DNA of 64,000 nucleotides from a phage: sequence record PZ445498.1, one strand, 5' to 3'. This document shows, piece by piece, positions 26,997 through 35,368 of this stretch (position 1 is the first letter of the stretch; each line of letters starts with the position of its first letter). The notes below the pieces were generated by a model. That model worked only from the letters and a program-made list of their open reading frames with translations, was not told the origin of the DNA and searched no databases. A program made the position numbers and the translations under genes.

Positions 26997-27074
26997 TGCG
27001 GGTTAGATCTTTGGTAGAGATCGCTAGTCTCATAAGCTAGAAAGAGGTAGGTTCGATTCCTACACCCGCTTCCA
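26997..27074 (+). tRNA. tRNA with CAU anticodon (Met, fMet or Ile2); 1-72 mismatch
   Basis: D-stem gatc/gatc, stem ctagt/gctag with loop ctcataa, T-arm gtagg-ttcgatt-cctac, CCA. Confidence 0.65.
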
Positions 27075-27095
27075 ATTTAATAGAAGGATTTCGAA

Positions 27096-27260
27096 ATGAA
27101 ATTATTTCGTTTAAAGGTAAGTGATCTACGATCTAGCAAAGATCGTAAGAAGTATCCACTAGCCCATTACGGTAAAGATAAAAACGAAGTGATGGCGGAA
27201 TTAGGAATCAATCATCCTTACTTGAAAGTCTACTCTATTAAGGAAGTCTATGCTAATTAA
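27096..27260 (+). CDS. hypothetical small protein (54 aa, below the ORF-track cutoff)
   Basis: ATG at 27096 after aagga; MKLFRLKVSDLRSSKDRKKYPLAHYGKDKNEVMAELGINHPYLKVYSIKEVYAN. Confidence 0.4.
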   Translation: MKLFRLKVSDLRSSKDRKKYPLAHYGKDKNEVMAELGINHPYLKVYSIKEVYAN

Positions 27261-27723
27261 TAAAGTTTTAGCTGCCTTAAACCTTCCTGATAACTTCATT
27301 ATAGATGATAAGCTCATAAGAGCTTATATGAGCAAATATAACGAAATTTCGGGTAAAGAAGGTAAGTTAAAAACTTCAGAGTTTAGATTCTGTTATCGAA
27401 TGGCAGCCTTAAATCTCTTAAAGTATAAAAGGGAGCATAAAATACCTATAACGGAAGGTTTTGTATATGTAATTGGTAATCCAGCATGGCCAGGCATGTA
27501 TAAAATAGGTATGACTATAGATGTGAATGAGAGGTTAGCAAGTTATCAAACTTATTCACCTAATAGAGACTACAAGCTATACCATTTCAGATTTTCGTCG
27601 GATAAAAGACGTACAGAGAAAGAATTACATAATCTTCTTAAAGATTATAGAGTATCTGGAGAGTGGTTTGAAGTACCTGTACTAGATGCTTTTAAATTAT
27701 TAGTAGAAAAATTGGATTGCTAG
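27250..27723 (+). CDS. T5orf172 / GIY-YIG-like domain protein
   Basis: GFVYVIGNPAWPGMYKIGMTIDVNERL...GEWF matches the pattern I recall for the T5orf172 family; 3' end overlaps the following tRNA by about 10 nt. Confidence 0.55.
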   Translation: MLINKVLAALNLPDNFIIDDKLIRAYMSKYNEISGKEGKLKTSEFRFCYRMAALNLLKYKREHKIPITEGFVYVIGNPAWPGMYKIGMTIDVNERLASYQTYSPNRDYKLYHFRFSSDKRRTEKELHNLLKDYRVSGEWFEVPVLDAFKLLVEKLDC

Positions 27724-27791
27724 CTCAACTGGATAAGAGTAGCGGACCTTTAATCCGTCAGTTCTGGGTTCGAATCCCAGGCAATCCACCA
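27714..27791 (+). tRNA. tRNA-Lys (anticodon UUU) probable; C at position 33
   Basis: Acceptor ggattgc/gcaatcc, stem gcgga/tccgt with loop cctttaa, T-arm ctggg-ttcgaat-cccag, CCA. Confidence 0.6.
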
Positions 27792-27795
27792 AATT

Positions 27796-27869
27796 GCTCG
27801 GTTAGTTTAATGGTAGAACCCCGTCTTTACACGGCGGTTGCGATAGTTCGATTCTATCACCGAGTACCA
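27796..27869 (+). tRNA. tRNA-Val (anticodon UAC)
   Basis: Acceptor gctcggt/accgagt, stem ccgtc/ggcgg with loop tttacac, T-arm gatag-ttcgatt-ctatc, CCA. Confidence 0.75.
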
Positions 27870-27894
27870 ATTAACTCAAAATAAGGAATTGCAA

Positions 27895-28249
27895 ATGCAA
27901 TTATCAAGCAAGGTTCAAGGCTATTTCGGTCATGTAACAATGGAGTTCGCTATCTCTTAAAGGTTGGGACTTCGAACAAGATCTAGCTGAATTCTACAAA
28001 GATATTGATCTGAACGTACCATACATAGGACTCTCCACTGGTCAAGAGATTACAGAAGCCGATGTATTCAAGGCAAGTCAAGGTGAGGTAACACCTAGTT
28101 TTGCCGAGTTCTGGTTAGGTATCACACTGAAAGAAGATGCACCGGATGGTGGTGTGGTTATGCAGAGTATGCACTCTGGAAGCTCTGATTACCTTTTCGT
28201 TAGCGACGTTAAGGAACTACAAGAAATCGCTAAAAATGTACTTGCTTGA
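27895..28249 (+). pseudogene. frameshift-interrupted gene (21-codon ATG frame then 95-codon +1 frame)
   Basis: RBS taaggaa and ATG 27895 open a frame that stops at 27958-27960; the +1 frame is open from 27938 to 28249 and has no start codon of its own. Confidence 0.35.
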
Positions 28250-28270
28250 TGCTTAATTTCTTGTTATAAT
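28242..28270 (+). promoter_or_regulatory. early promoter
   Basis: ttgctt-17-tataat; overlaps the 3' end of the frameshifted gene. Confidence 0.6.
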
Positions 28271-28625
28271 ATTTATATAAATTGATGTGAAAATAGCTGC
28301 CTAGATATCAGGTGTATGACGTCTACACTAGCAGAGCTACCGAAAAAGAGATCCTCAGGATAAACGCCGTAGCAAAATTAGTCTGATATCCATCAATTTA
28401 GTTCACTAAGGTATTAGCTCGACCTAGGACTGGCTGCCAAAAAGCACAGTTGCAATTAGACCCCCTAATGGCGGGGGATGCTTTGCAATAAGTTCTAGAT
28501 TAGTCCACTAGATTCAGCGGCTACTGAATAGTGTATTGGGTTTGCGAGATGACGCGGTTCCTTCCGCTCGAAGCGAAGGTGCTGTAGTTACGCCGAGCTA
28601 ATAGCCTTAGTAAACTAAAGAATTT

Positions 28626-28700
28626 GGGCGGTTAGTTTATCTGGGAAAATACCTGACTTGCACTCAGGAGTGAGGAGTTCGACTCTCCTACTGTCCACCA
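28626..28700 (+). tRNA. tRNA-Ala (anticodon UGC)
   Basis: Acceptor gggcggt/actgtcc with G-U pairs, stem cctga/tcagg with loop cttgcac, T-arm aggag-ttcgact-ctcct, CCA. Confidence 0.75.
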
Positions 28701-28705
28701 AATTC

Positions 28706-28790
28706 GGGGCTATGCTGGAACTGGTAGACAATACGGCCTTAGATTCCGTAGCTTAAATGCGTGGGAGTTCGAGTCTCCCTAGCCCCACCA
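28706..28790 (+). tRNA. tRNA-Leu (anticodon UAG), type II
   Basis: Acceptor ggggcta/tagcccc, loop cttagat, long variable arm, T-arm gggag-ttcgagt-ctccc, CCA. Confidence 0.75.
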
Positions 28791-28806
28791 ACTTATAGGA
28801 TAATGT

Positions 28807-29391
28807 ATGCAGTTTGTACCAATAAAAGATGCACCAGGGTATTTAGTAAATGAAACAGGGGATGTGTTATCTACATTTACTAATAAAATTTTATCAAGAT
28901 ATATAGTTGATGGATACCCTGCTGTAAAATTACAGATAAATGGTAAGCAAACTTCGGTACTTATACACCGAATTATTTCCCATGTATTTGGGGACTTATA
29001 TAATCTATTTGATCCTGAATTAGAAGTAGATCACAAGGATAGAGATAGGCTGAATCTATCTAAAGATAATCTTCAAGTTTTATCAAAAATAGAACATCAG
29101 AAGAAAACTAATAAAGATAATGGATGGTCTGATAGTAGAGTACCTTGCCCCTTATGTGGAAATCTAATGCTTCAGAGATCAGTAACATGTACAAATTGTA
29201 AGCCAAAACCTACAGGAAAGTTAATAAAACCAGAATTGTCCTTAGAAGACATAACTGAAAAGGTTTTATTAATGGGGTGGGTTAAGGCAGCTAAAGATCT
29301 AGAAGTATCAGAGTCCACTTTACGTAGACGATATACTAAACTAACCGGATTAAGCCCAAAAGTATTAACAGAACAACGGAAAAGCAAATAG
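28807..29391 (+). CDS. HNH homing endonuclease with C-terminal Cys-rich region
   Basis: Paralogue of ORF 25374 (ELEVDHKDRD..NLQVLSKIEH; CPLCGN...CTNC); 3' end overlaps tRNA-Ser by 14 nt. Confidence 0.7.
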   Translation: MQFVPIKDAPGYLVNETGDVLSTFTNKILSRYIVDGYPAVKLQINGKQTSVLIHRIISHVFGDLYNLFDPELEVDHKDRDRLNLSKDNLQVLSKIEHQKKTNKDNGWSDSRVPCPLCGNLMLQRSVTCTNCKPKPTGKLIKPELSLEDITEKVLLMGWVKAAKDLEVSESTLRRRYTKLTGLSPKVLTEQRKSK

Positions 29392-29471
29392 ACTGGTGAC
29401 TAAACCCGATTGGAAATCGGTTGAGGGGTAGCAATACCGCCTTATGGGTTCAACTCCCATCTTTTCCGCCA
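29378..29471 (+). tRNA. tRNA-Ser (anticodon GGA), type II
   Basis: Acceptor ggaaaag/cttttcc, loop ttggaaa, long variable arm, T-arm atggg-ttcaact-cccat, CCA. Confidence 0.6.
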
Positions 29472-29483
29472 AACAATTTATAT

Positions 29484-29578
29484 GGTAGGTCAATCCAATG
29501 GCTGGCGCTGGACTCCGACTTGAAATCGGTTGATCGTAGTGATACGGTGTAAGGGTTCGATCCCCTTACCTACCTCCA
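29484..29578 (+). tRNA. tRNA-Ser (anticodon UGA), type II
   Basis: Acceptor ggtaggt/acctacc, loop cttgaaa, long variable arm, T-arm aaggg-ttcgatc-ccctt, CCA. Confidence 0.65.
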
Positions 29579-29959
29579 AATCTTGAAGTATGCCGGAATC
29601 GGTAGACGGGGCTTCCTAAAGGGCGTAAGGGGAACATCCACTCCTCATAAGATACCCGAAAATGAGGCTGAGATAAATGGTCTATCTCATGAAGGTTCAA
29701 GTCCTTCTGCTTCTTGATACATTAATGGCTCAAAGTGTAACGGTGCTATTTGATGTTCTTAGTAAGACTTTCCCGACATGCGTTCGGGAGTAAGCTGCTA
29801 AGGCTAGAGTAGAAGAGTTTCGGAGAGCCGCCACAATTGAGTATTATTAGAGAGCATTCGCAAGAAAGAATCAGGAGAAAAACCTGTGCGCAGAATGACT
29901 AACTTTGGTACCTTAGACGGCCAAATGGAGGACTGATCATCCCCTAATAGTATTCAATT

Positions 29960-30036
29960 GTGGCTATATCATAATTGGTTAATGATCCTGATTGTGAATC
30001 AGGCCTATGTGGATTCGAATTCTACTAGCCACCCCC
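29960..30036 (+). tRNA. tRNA-His (anticodon GUG)
   Basis: Acceptor gtggcta/tagccac, stem cctga/tcagg with loop ttgtgaa, T-arm gtgga-ttcgaat-tctac; 3' end reads cccca. Confidence 0.75.
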
Positions 30037-30043
30037 AAATATA

Positions 30044-30118
30044 GCGTCCTTATTTCAACGGAAAGAATGTAAAGCTACGAACTTTACGATCGGGGTTCGA
30101 TTCCCTGAGGATGCACCA
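30044..30118 (+). tRNA. tRNA-Arg (anticodon ACG)
   Basis: Acceptor gcgtcct/aggatgc, stem taaag/cttta with loop ctacgaa, T-arm cgggg-ttcgatt-ccctg, CCA. Confidence 0.75.
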
Positions 30119-30142
30119 ATTAACTTAAACAGGAAATAAAAT

Positions 30143-30343
30143 ATGGCTGATTTCTGCAAAGAATGCTCTATTGATATGTGGGGAAGAGATACTGGTGATC
30201 TTTCTGGTCTGATTACAGAAGCCGAAGTTAAAGAAGGCTATGGTGCTGTTGTAATCTGTGAAGGTTGTGGCATTATCCGTGTTGATCATAATGGTAAACG
30301 TCTAGAAGAACCTGATCCAATCGCCACGGTTCCTGTAGAATAA
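30143..30343 (+). CDS. small Cys-rich protein
   Basis: CKEC...CEGCG. Confidence 0.5.
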   Translation: MADFCKECSIDMWGRDTGDLSGLITEAEVKEGYGAVVICEGCGIIRVDHNGKRLEEPDPIATVPVE

Positions 30344-30351
30344 AAAATTAT

Positions 30352-30427
30352 TGGAGTGTAGCTCAACTGGCAGAGCGACGGTTTCTGACACCGTAGGTTT
30401 CTAGTTCGATCCTAGACATTCCAGCCA
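30352..30427 (+). tRNA. tRNA-Gln (anticodon CUG)
   Basis: U1-A72 acceptor tggagtg/cattcca, D-arm gctcaactggcagagc, stem acggt/accgt with loop ttctgac, CCA. Confidence 0.8.
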
Positions 30428-30433
30428 AACAAT

Positions 30434-30511
30434 TGGGGATTAGCTTAGCTTGGCCTAAAGCTTCGGCCTTTGAAGTCGAGATCATTGGTTCAAATCCAAT
30501 ATCCCCTGCCA
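30434..30511 (+). tRNA. tRNA-Gln (anticodon UUG) probable
   Basis: D-stem gctt/aagc, stem tcggc/gtcga with loop ctttgaa, T-arm attgg-ttcaaat-ccaat, CCA; 1-72 mismatch. Confidence 0.6.
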
Positions 30512-30519
30512 AACAATAA

Positions 30520-30595
30520 GCGGTTAAGCACACGGGTTGTGCCGCAGGCCTTCCAAGCCCCGCTGAGTAGGGTTCGATTCCCTCTAGCCGCTCCA
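30520..30595 (+). tRNA. tRNA, anticodon UCC (Gly) possible
   Basis: Acceptor gcggtta/tagccgc, D-arm gcac-acgggtt-gtgc, T-loop ttcgatt, CCA; anticodon stem weak. Confidence 0.5.
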
Positions 30596-30612
30596 ACTTT
30601 AAGGAAACATTT

Positions 30613-30834
30613 ATGCACGTTTTTGAGTTTCGTGATAAAAGTAACAATAAACGAGTTATTGTTATTGGAGAAACATACCTAGCATACGAACAAACTGACG
30701 GCTCTGTTATCTTGAATGATGAGAAAGCAAATTTTAGCTTTTATCCAGAAGAACCTTATGAAGAGTTTCGTACTAAGTTTCTTTTACCAGACTGGCTAGC
30801 AGTAGCCGAGCAACTAGAATCCGAAGATGGCTGA
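30613..30834 (+). CDS. hypothetical protein
   Basis: 73 aa, aaggaaa RBS. Confidence 0.5.
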   Translation: MHVFEFRDKSNNKRVIVIGETYLAYEQTDGSVILNDEKANFSFYPEEPYEEFRTKFLLPDWLAVAEQLESEDG

Positions 30835-30985
30835 TAACCTGAGACTAAAGGTTGACAAACAAAAGAAACGTGTAGAGATTGAGCTTGGTGACGAACGCCT
30901 AGCACTATCCTTCGAGTTTCTTCAGCAGTTGGCGATGACAGTAATGTCTGATAAGTCTCCTGTATTTGAAAAAGAAATCCCGTTG
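30827..30985 (+). CDS. hypothetical small protein (52 aa, below the ORF-track cutoff)
   Basis: ATG overlaps the preceding stop (ATGGCTGA); MADNLRLKVDKQKKRVEIELGDERLALSFEFLQQLAMTVMSDKSPVFEKEIPLK. Confidence 0.35.
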
Positions 30986-31001
30986 AAATGACGGGTTTAT
31001 T

Positions 31002-31076
31002 GCTCCTAAAGCATTGCTGGCGATGCAGTTGCCTTGTAAGCATCTGAACTGGGTTCGACTCCTGGTGGGAGCACCA
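31002..31076 (+). tRNA. tRNA-Thr (anticodon UGU)
   Basis: Acceptor gctccta/tgggagc, loop cttgtaa, T-arm ctggg-ttcgact-cctgg, CCA. Confidence 0.7.
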
Positions 31077-31091
31077 AATTTAAAAATTCAT

Positions 31092-31120
31092 TTGCCTTCT
31101 CTCTTATTTCTTGTTATAAT
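31092..31120 (+). promoter_or_regulatory. early promoter
   Basis: ttgcct-17-tataat. Confidence 0.6.
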
Positions 31121-31150
31121 ATTTATATAAATTAATGAGAGGGAAACCAA

Positions 31151-31444
31151 ATGAAACGTTATCTTTCTGTCGTGTTCCAAACTGGTGGTCAACGCTACAC
31201 TTATGAATTTCCTGAGTCCTGGAAAATTAAAGAAGGTGATCAAGTTGTTGTATTAACACCTCGTGAAGGCTTCAAAGTAGTAACGGTTAAACAAGTCTTT
31301 CCAAAAGATCACGAACCATCTAAGTCTATTCAGTACAAGATGATTCACGGTCTGGTACGAAAAGTACCTAGAACAGAAGTCGAAGTAGATAAAACTGGGG
31401 AAGCTAAATACCAGTATACTTCTTACTTGGATGAAATGATGTAA
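31151..31444 (+). CDS. hypothetical protein
   Basis: 97 aa, promoter 31092-31120 and shared leader. Confidence 0.5.
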   Translation: MKRYLSVVFQTGGQRYTYEFPESWKIKEGDQVVVLTPREGFKVVTVKQVFPKDHEPSKSIQYKMIHGLVRKVPRTEVEVDKTGEAKYQYTSYLDEMM

Positions 31445-31445
31445 T

Positions 31446-31521
31446 GCTCTGATAGTTCAACAGGTTAGAACAGGCGACCGATAATCGTCAAATCTTGGTT
31501 CGATCCCAAGTCGGAGTACCA
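31446..31521 (+). tRNA. tRNA-Ile (anticodon GAU); C at position 33
   Basis: Acceptor gctctga/tcggagt, D-arm gttcaacaggttagaac, stem ggcga/tcgtc with loop ccgataa, T-arm cttgg-ttcgatc-ccaag, CCA. Confidence 0.7.
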
Positions 31522-31527
31522 AATTAT

Positions 31528-31603
31528 AGTTAGTTGGCAGAGTGGTTATGCACCTCCTTCATACGGAGCGACTACAGTGGTTCAACTCCACTACTAACTA
31601 CCA
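31528..31603 (+). tRNA. tRNA with CAU anticodon (Met, fMet or Ile2)
   Basis: Acceptor agttagt/actaact, loop ttcatac, T-arm agtgg-ttcaact-ccact, CCA. Confidence 0.65.
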
Positions 31604-31786
31604 AAGATAAGATCAGGCCTTTGTGCCAGATCTCTGTGTTTATTAAACTGAATGGGACTATCAATCCACAAGCCGGACTACGAGCGATTATCGGGTATTC
31701 ACTTAATAAACAGCCTGCCTCCCAGTTTTTATCTTGCTTCTGGGTTAACAAAAAGCTGAGCCAAATTCTAACATCAGGGAGATCTA

Positions 31787-32155
31787 ATGAAAGCATATCA
31801 AAGTCTTAAGTCTGGCGTAATTAACCTTGTTCATGATAACCAGATCATTCAGCTATATTCTAAAGATGGTGAACTTAAACAAAAGGTTCTAGTTGAAGAT
31901 CTAGAGGGTATCACACCTCATTTTGACCCTGAGGCCTTCCGCATTGTAGATGTAGAAGTGGTTCCTCAAGTCGAGGGTGGTCAGCACCTAAATGTCAATG
32001 TGTTAAGCCGTGATCAGCTTTTGGATGCACAGAAACATCTTGAAAAATATCCTCAGTTGACCATCCGTGTCTCTGGCTATGCTGTTCGATTTAACGCATT
32101 GACGCGTGAACAACAGAACGACGTTATTAGTCGTACATTTACTCAGGCGATATAA
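31787..32155 (+). CDS. hypothetical protein
   Basis: 122-aa ORF. Confidence 0.5.
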   Translation: MKAYQSLKSGVINLVHDNQIIQLYSKDGELKQKVLVEDLEGITPHFDPEAFRIVDVEVVPQVEGGQHLNVNVLSRDQLLDAQKHLEKYPQLTIRVSGYAVRFNALTREQQNDVISRTFTQAI

Positions 32156-32236
32156 TGGGGTTTGGATACGATTTCTCCCAACTACGCAAGGTAGTCGAGC
32201 AAACTCCATTTATCTCCCAAGTTTTAGGAGAAATGT

Positions 32237-32536
32237 GTGGATCGAGCAGTAAGACGCCATCACCGGCAACGTGTGAAAAACAATCGCAAGAAGTATTGGA
32301 CAGTCTTCCCACATGAAGAAAGCCCTAAGAGGTTAGGCATTATCACTACCACTCCTTGCATCTGTTCTTGTTGGATGTGTGGGAATCCTCGCAAATACTA
32401 TAAGAATAGTAAAGCAGGCATGAAAATTTCGGAGATTAAAAAGATGGATGCAATGATTATGGGCATCACCTTTACAGGTGGTATCTCTGATGAATTCGAC
32501 GGTTTTGTAACTCAGGATATTGTCGAAATTATCTAA
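32237..32536 (+). CDS. hypothetical Cys-rich protein
   Basis: 99 aa, PCICSCWMCGNP; start codon uncertain (GTG). Confidence 0.4.
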   Translation: MDRAVRRHHRQRVKNNRKKYWTVFPHEESPKRLGIITTTPCICSCWMCGNPRKYYKNSKAGMKISEIKKMDAMIMGITFTGGISDEFDGFVTQDIVEII

Positions 32537-32545
32537 TTAATAATA

Positions 32546-32582
32546 AACCCCAGCTATTGAATACGTAGTCTGGGGTTTTCTT
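32546..32582 (+). terminator. rho-independent terminator
   Basis: aaccccag ... ctggggtt followed by ttcttg. Confidence 0.6.
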
Positions 32583-32600
32583 GTATATAGGATTTTCGAA

Positions 32601-32786
32601 ATGAAAATTTTTAAAGTGAACTATAGCGGCCTGTGGTTAGGTGGTACAGCTATTGTTGTTGCGGAAACTGCGGAAGAAGCAATCGAACTGGCTAGAAATC
32701 ATAGAAGTTCTATAGAATTCGAGAATGTGACAGCAGAAGAACTCCCTAGCAGTGGGGTAGTATACAACGATAACGGAGACTACTAA
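32601..32786 (+). CDS. hypothetical protein
   Basis: 61 aa, follows terminator 32546-32582. Confidence 0.45.
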   Translation: MKIFKVNYSGLWLGGTAIVVAETAEEAIELARNHRSSIEFENVTAEELPSSGVVYNDNGDY

Positions 32787-32845
32787 ATGTTATATTTTGA
32801 AGTTAGACCACATTAAGTTACTTTAACAGACTTAATGGAGGTATT

Positions 32846-33199
32846 ATGAGCCGTACATATCGTAAACAATCGGGAAATCGTCACTGGCGTGATGCACATC
32901 GTTCTAAATTCAACTTTACTCTTGGGTACAATCGTCGTTTCTTTGCTTTGAAGGAGCCAGCAGTCCCGTATACTAGAGAAGAAGTTGAAAAGGAATTACA
33001 AGACCATATCATTAAATATGAGAAGAAGGATGGTTACAACTGGGATTCTATCAGCCAAGCCGTCAAGTGGCACTCTAACAAAATGGTTCGTCAAGGAAAC
33101 CGTATGGAACTGCATCGTGTTATGCAAGATCCGGAAAATTACGACTACAACTGCGATCATGACCTACGTAAGCGTGGGTTATGGTGGTGCTACGACTAA
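32846..33199 (+). CDS. hypothetical protein
   Basis: 117 aa. Confidence 0.5.
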   Translation: MSRTYRKQSGNRHWRDAHRSKFNFTLGYNRRFFALKEPAVPYTREEVEKELQDHIIKYEKKDGYNWDSISQAVKWHSNKMVRQGNRMELHRVMQDPENYDYNCDHDLRKRGLWWCYD

Positions 33200-33216
33200 T
33201 TTCGTAAATAATTCAT

Positions 33217-33245
33217 TTGCTAAAACCCTCTCCTTTTGATATAAT
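33217..33245 (+). promoter_or_regulatory. early promoter
   Basis: ttgcta-17-tataat. Confidence 0.65.
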
Positions 33246-33275
33246 ATTTATATAAATTGATGAGAGGGCTTTGAA

Positions 33276-33557
33276 ATGAAAACTCGCCTAGACTGTGCTG
33301 TTCACGTACTTGAGCATGATGTTGTTGGGACTTGTATGTCTTATCATGAAGCAGGTAAAATGATTGTTAAACGTGTTGCTGATGTTTGTAGTTTGAAAAT
33401 CACCGAAGATGAAGCAGACGAACTGCTTGGACAGGCAATAGAGAAAACAGAAATTTTCTTGTGCGATTCTTGTTCTTGGTGGTGTGAAGCTCACGAACAT
33501 TCTTTCAATGATTATGATGTATGCCGTGACTGTAAAGAGGACGATGAAGATGAATAA
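33276..33557 (+). CDS. Cys-rich zinc-binding protein
   Basis: CDSCSWWCEAH...CRDC. Confidence 0.5.
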   Translation: MKTRLDCAVHVLEHDVVGTCMSYHEAGKMIVKRVADVCSLKITEDEADELLGQAIEKTEIFLCDSCSWWCEAHEHSFNDYDVCRDCKEDDEDE

Positions 33558-33849
33558 GTTTATTATTGCTCTGGTAATTTCAGCAGTCAGTTTCGGTTCT
33601 CTGGCATCTACCAAAGTTTCTATGAAGAATGGTAATGTTAAAGTTCAGCAGAATGGCATTACCACCGAATATGGTAAAGTACGTGGTGTAAAAGAACGTA
33701 ATGGCAAAGTAGAAATATATACTAATAAAAACTTCTCTACTCCGGCTGTTACTGTTAGTAAACGTGGTGAAATCACTACTCAACGTACTAATAGTTCTGA
33801 TTCTTTTACTTGCCGTTATGACTGCGGCTTTGAAGGTGAAGATGAGTAA
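33544..33849 (+). CDS. hypothetical secreted protein
   Basis: Signal peptide MKMNKFIIALVISAVSFGSLAS; start overlaps the previous stop. Confidence 0.5.
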   Translation: MKMNKFIIALVISAVSFGSLASTKVSMKNGNVKVQQNGITTEYGKVRGVKERNGKVEIYTNKNFSTPAVTVSKRGEITTQRTNSSDSFTCRYDCGFEGEDE

Positions 33850-34261
33850 TTTAGACCCTAGAATTAAACATGCAGTTGAAGAAATCCAAGATCAAATCGA
33901 TGAGGATTTCACTGTTTGGTCAAGATTTGGTAATGGTGAAGGTTGTCAGCTTTATAGCATGAAAATGGGTATCTCGATTGAACTTAGTATCAATCCCGAG
34001 GGTAACGTAGAAGCCCAACCCCTGTTCAGTGTTCCAGGCTTCTCTGGATTTGTTATGGGCATGAAACTATGTCTACCAAATAAACATCTTTACCGTGTTA
34101 TCTGTCAGCTAGAAACAATTAAACATTTCTTGCCAGAAGATAACATTAATGACTACTATCATGAAGTTGTAGCAGCTTACATGATGAAAGAACGCAAACG
34201 TCGGAGAGCAGAACGTGAAAGAGCTAAATCTCAACAGTCTAGTACAGATTCCAGCAACTGA
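33842..34261 (+). CDS. hypothetical protein
   Basis: Start at ATG overlapping the previous stop (ATGAGTAA). Confidence 0.5.
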   Translation: MSNLDPRIKHAVEEIQDQIDEDFTVWSRFGNGEGCQLYSMKMGISIELSINPEGNVEAQPLFSVPGFSGFVMGMKLCLPNKHLYRVICQLETIKHFLPEDNINDYYHEVVAAYMMKERKRRRAERERAKSQQSSTDSSN

Positions 34262-34508
34262 TGCTGTACTAGAATATCTTAGAAAGGATCATGTTAAATT
34301 CTGGACTGATTATAGCTACGATCATAACTCAGATTTAGCTACTGATTTTGCAAATAAACGAATAGCTGAGTATAAAGATCCTAGAGTTAAAAATGGTATG
34401 ATTACCTTACCACTTTGGGATGTAATGGAAAAGTTTGGTAAAGATTTGTGCCCAGGTTGTATACCATTGTTTGTTACTATTCTAATTGACGAAAAGGATC
34501 TTAAATGA
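34215..34508 (+). CDS. hypothetical protein (start uncertain)
   Basis: Track ORF with GTG start overlapping the previous gene by 47 nt. Confidence 0.35.
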   Translation: MKELNLNSLVQIPATDAVLEYLRKDHVKFWTDYSYDHNSDLATDFANKRIAEYKDPRVKNGMITLPLWDVMEKFGKDLCPGCIPLFVTILIDEKDLK

Positions 34509-34789
34509 TTATCTCTCCATTTGCTTTGTGGTTTGTTATTGGTGCAGTTGTCGCGATTTATAGCCTGATTGATGATCTGTATATCTCTAAAAATAAAGAT
34601 GTTATTCTTTATGTTATAAACAAATATCGTACACCAGAATTAGCAGAATTTGACGATGAAAAGATGTTCAAATTCATTATGTCAGGTATGCTTATTATGG
34701 ACACCTTGTTCGGGCCAGTAGCTACTTATTTCTTCTTTCGTAAAACTCGTAAGATGAAAAAATTCCGTGCTGAAATGCAGAGCAAGTAA
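34505..34789 (+). CDS. hypothetical membrane protein
   Basis: 94 aa, hydrophobic N-terminus. Confidence 0.5.
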   Translation: MIISPFALWFVIGAVVAIYSLIDDLYISKNKDVILYVINKYRTPELAEFDDEKMFKFIMSGMLIMDTLFGPVATYFFFRKTRKMKKFRAEMQSK

Positions 34790-34905
34790 AGAACTCGCGT
34801 AGGACCGAGTTGCGTCACCTGCAACTGTTACGGATAAGGGAGTCGTGCCCCTTAGTGCGGTAAGTGGTGAGTTGGTCGCGGACCTCAACTTTAACTGGAG
34901 ATATC

Positions 34906-35253
34906 ATGAGCTTTATTTTATTCATTGTAGCAGCATGGTTTATTATTGGTTTAGGCTATGCTATTGCAGTTATTCGTCATCTGGATGAATATTCTGCTGA
35001 ATGGTTTATTAAGTACCTACGTTTAGACGATCAAGAATATGAGTTCGACAGTGATGAGGAAAGGCAGGCTGTCCAGTCAATGACTCCCAAAGAATGCTTG
35101 CTCTACATGCGTGTAATTGGTTTCTTTGGACTGTTGGTAGCAGGACCGCTAGGTCTTACTATTGCTCCTTACAAAGACGTTATTGACGACATTAAACTAT
35201 GGAGAACCGCTGGATCGCTACGTCGTGCTAGAGAATTAAGTAAACAAGAGTGA
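34906..35253 (+). CDS. hypothetical membrane protein
   Basis: Start at MSFILFIVAAWF. Confidence 0.5.
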   Translation: MSFILFIVAAWFIIGLGYAIAVIRHLDEYSAEWFIKYLRLDDQEYEFDSDEERQAVQSMTPKECLLYMRVIGFFGLLVAGPLGLTIAPYKDVIDDIKLWRTAGSLRRARELSKQE

Positions 35254-35288
35254 TGATAATCACCTCCTAGCAAGAATAATAATGACAA

Positions 35289-35326
35289 AGCCCAGTCGCA
35301 AAATTGCAGGCTGGGCTATTTTTTGT
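35289..35326 (+). terminator. rho-independent terminator
   Basis: agcccag ... ctgggct followed by attttttg. Confidence 0.7.
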
Positions 35327-35339
35327 AATAAAATTTCAG

Positions 35340-35368
35340 TTGCTCAGATGCCACAAGTATTATATAAT
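35340..35368 (+). promoter_or_regulatory. early promoter
   Basis: ttgctc-17-tataat, follows terminator 35289-35326. Confidence 0.6.

Noticed and set aside
29584-29712. Calling an intron-containing tRNA here as a feature
   Set aside because: Acceptor pairing is imperfect and the intervening 100 nt matches no intron class I can recognise by eye; kept as a finding only.
22428-31603. tRNA cluster as a prophage integration site or integrated element
   Set aside because: No integrase, recombinase or att-like direct repeats; gene content and promoters are those of a lytic T5-like early region.
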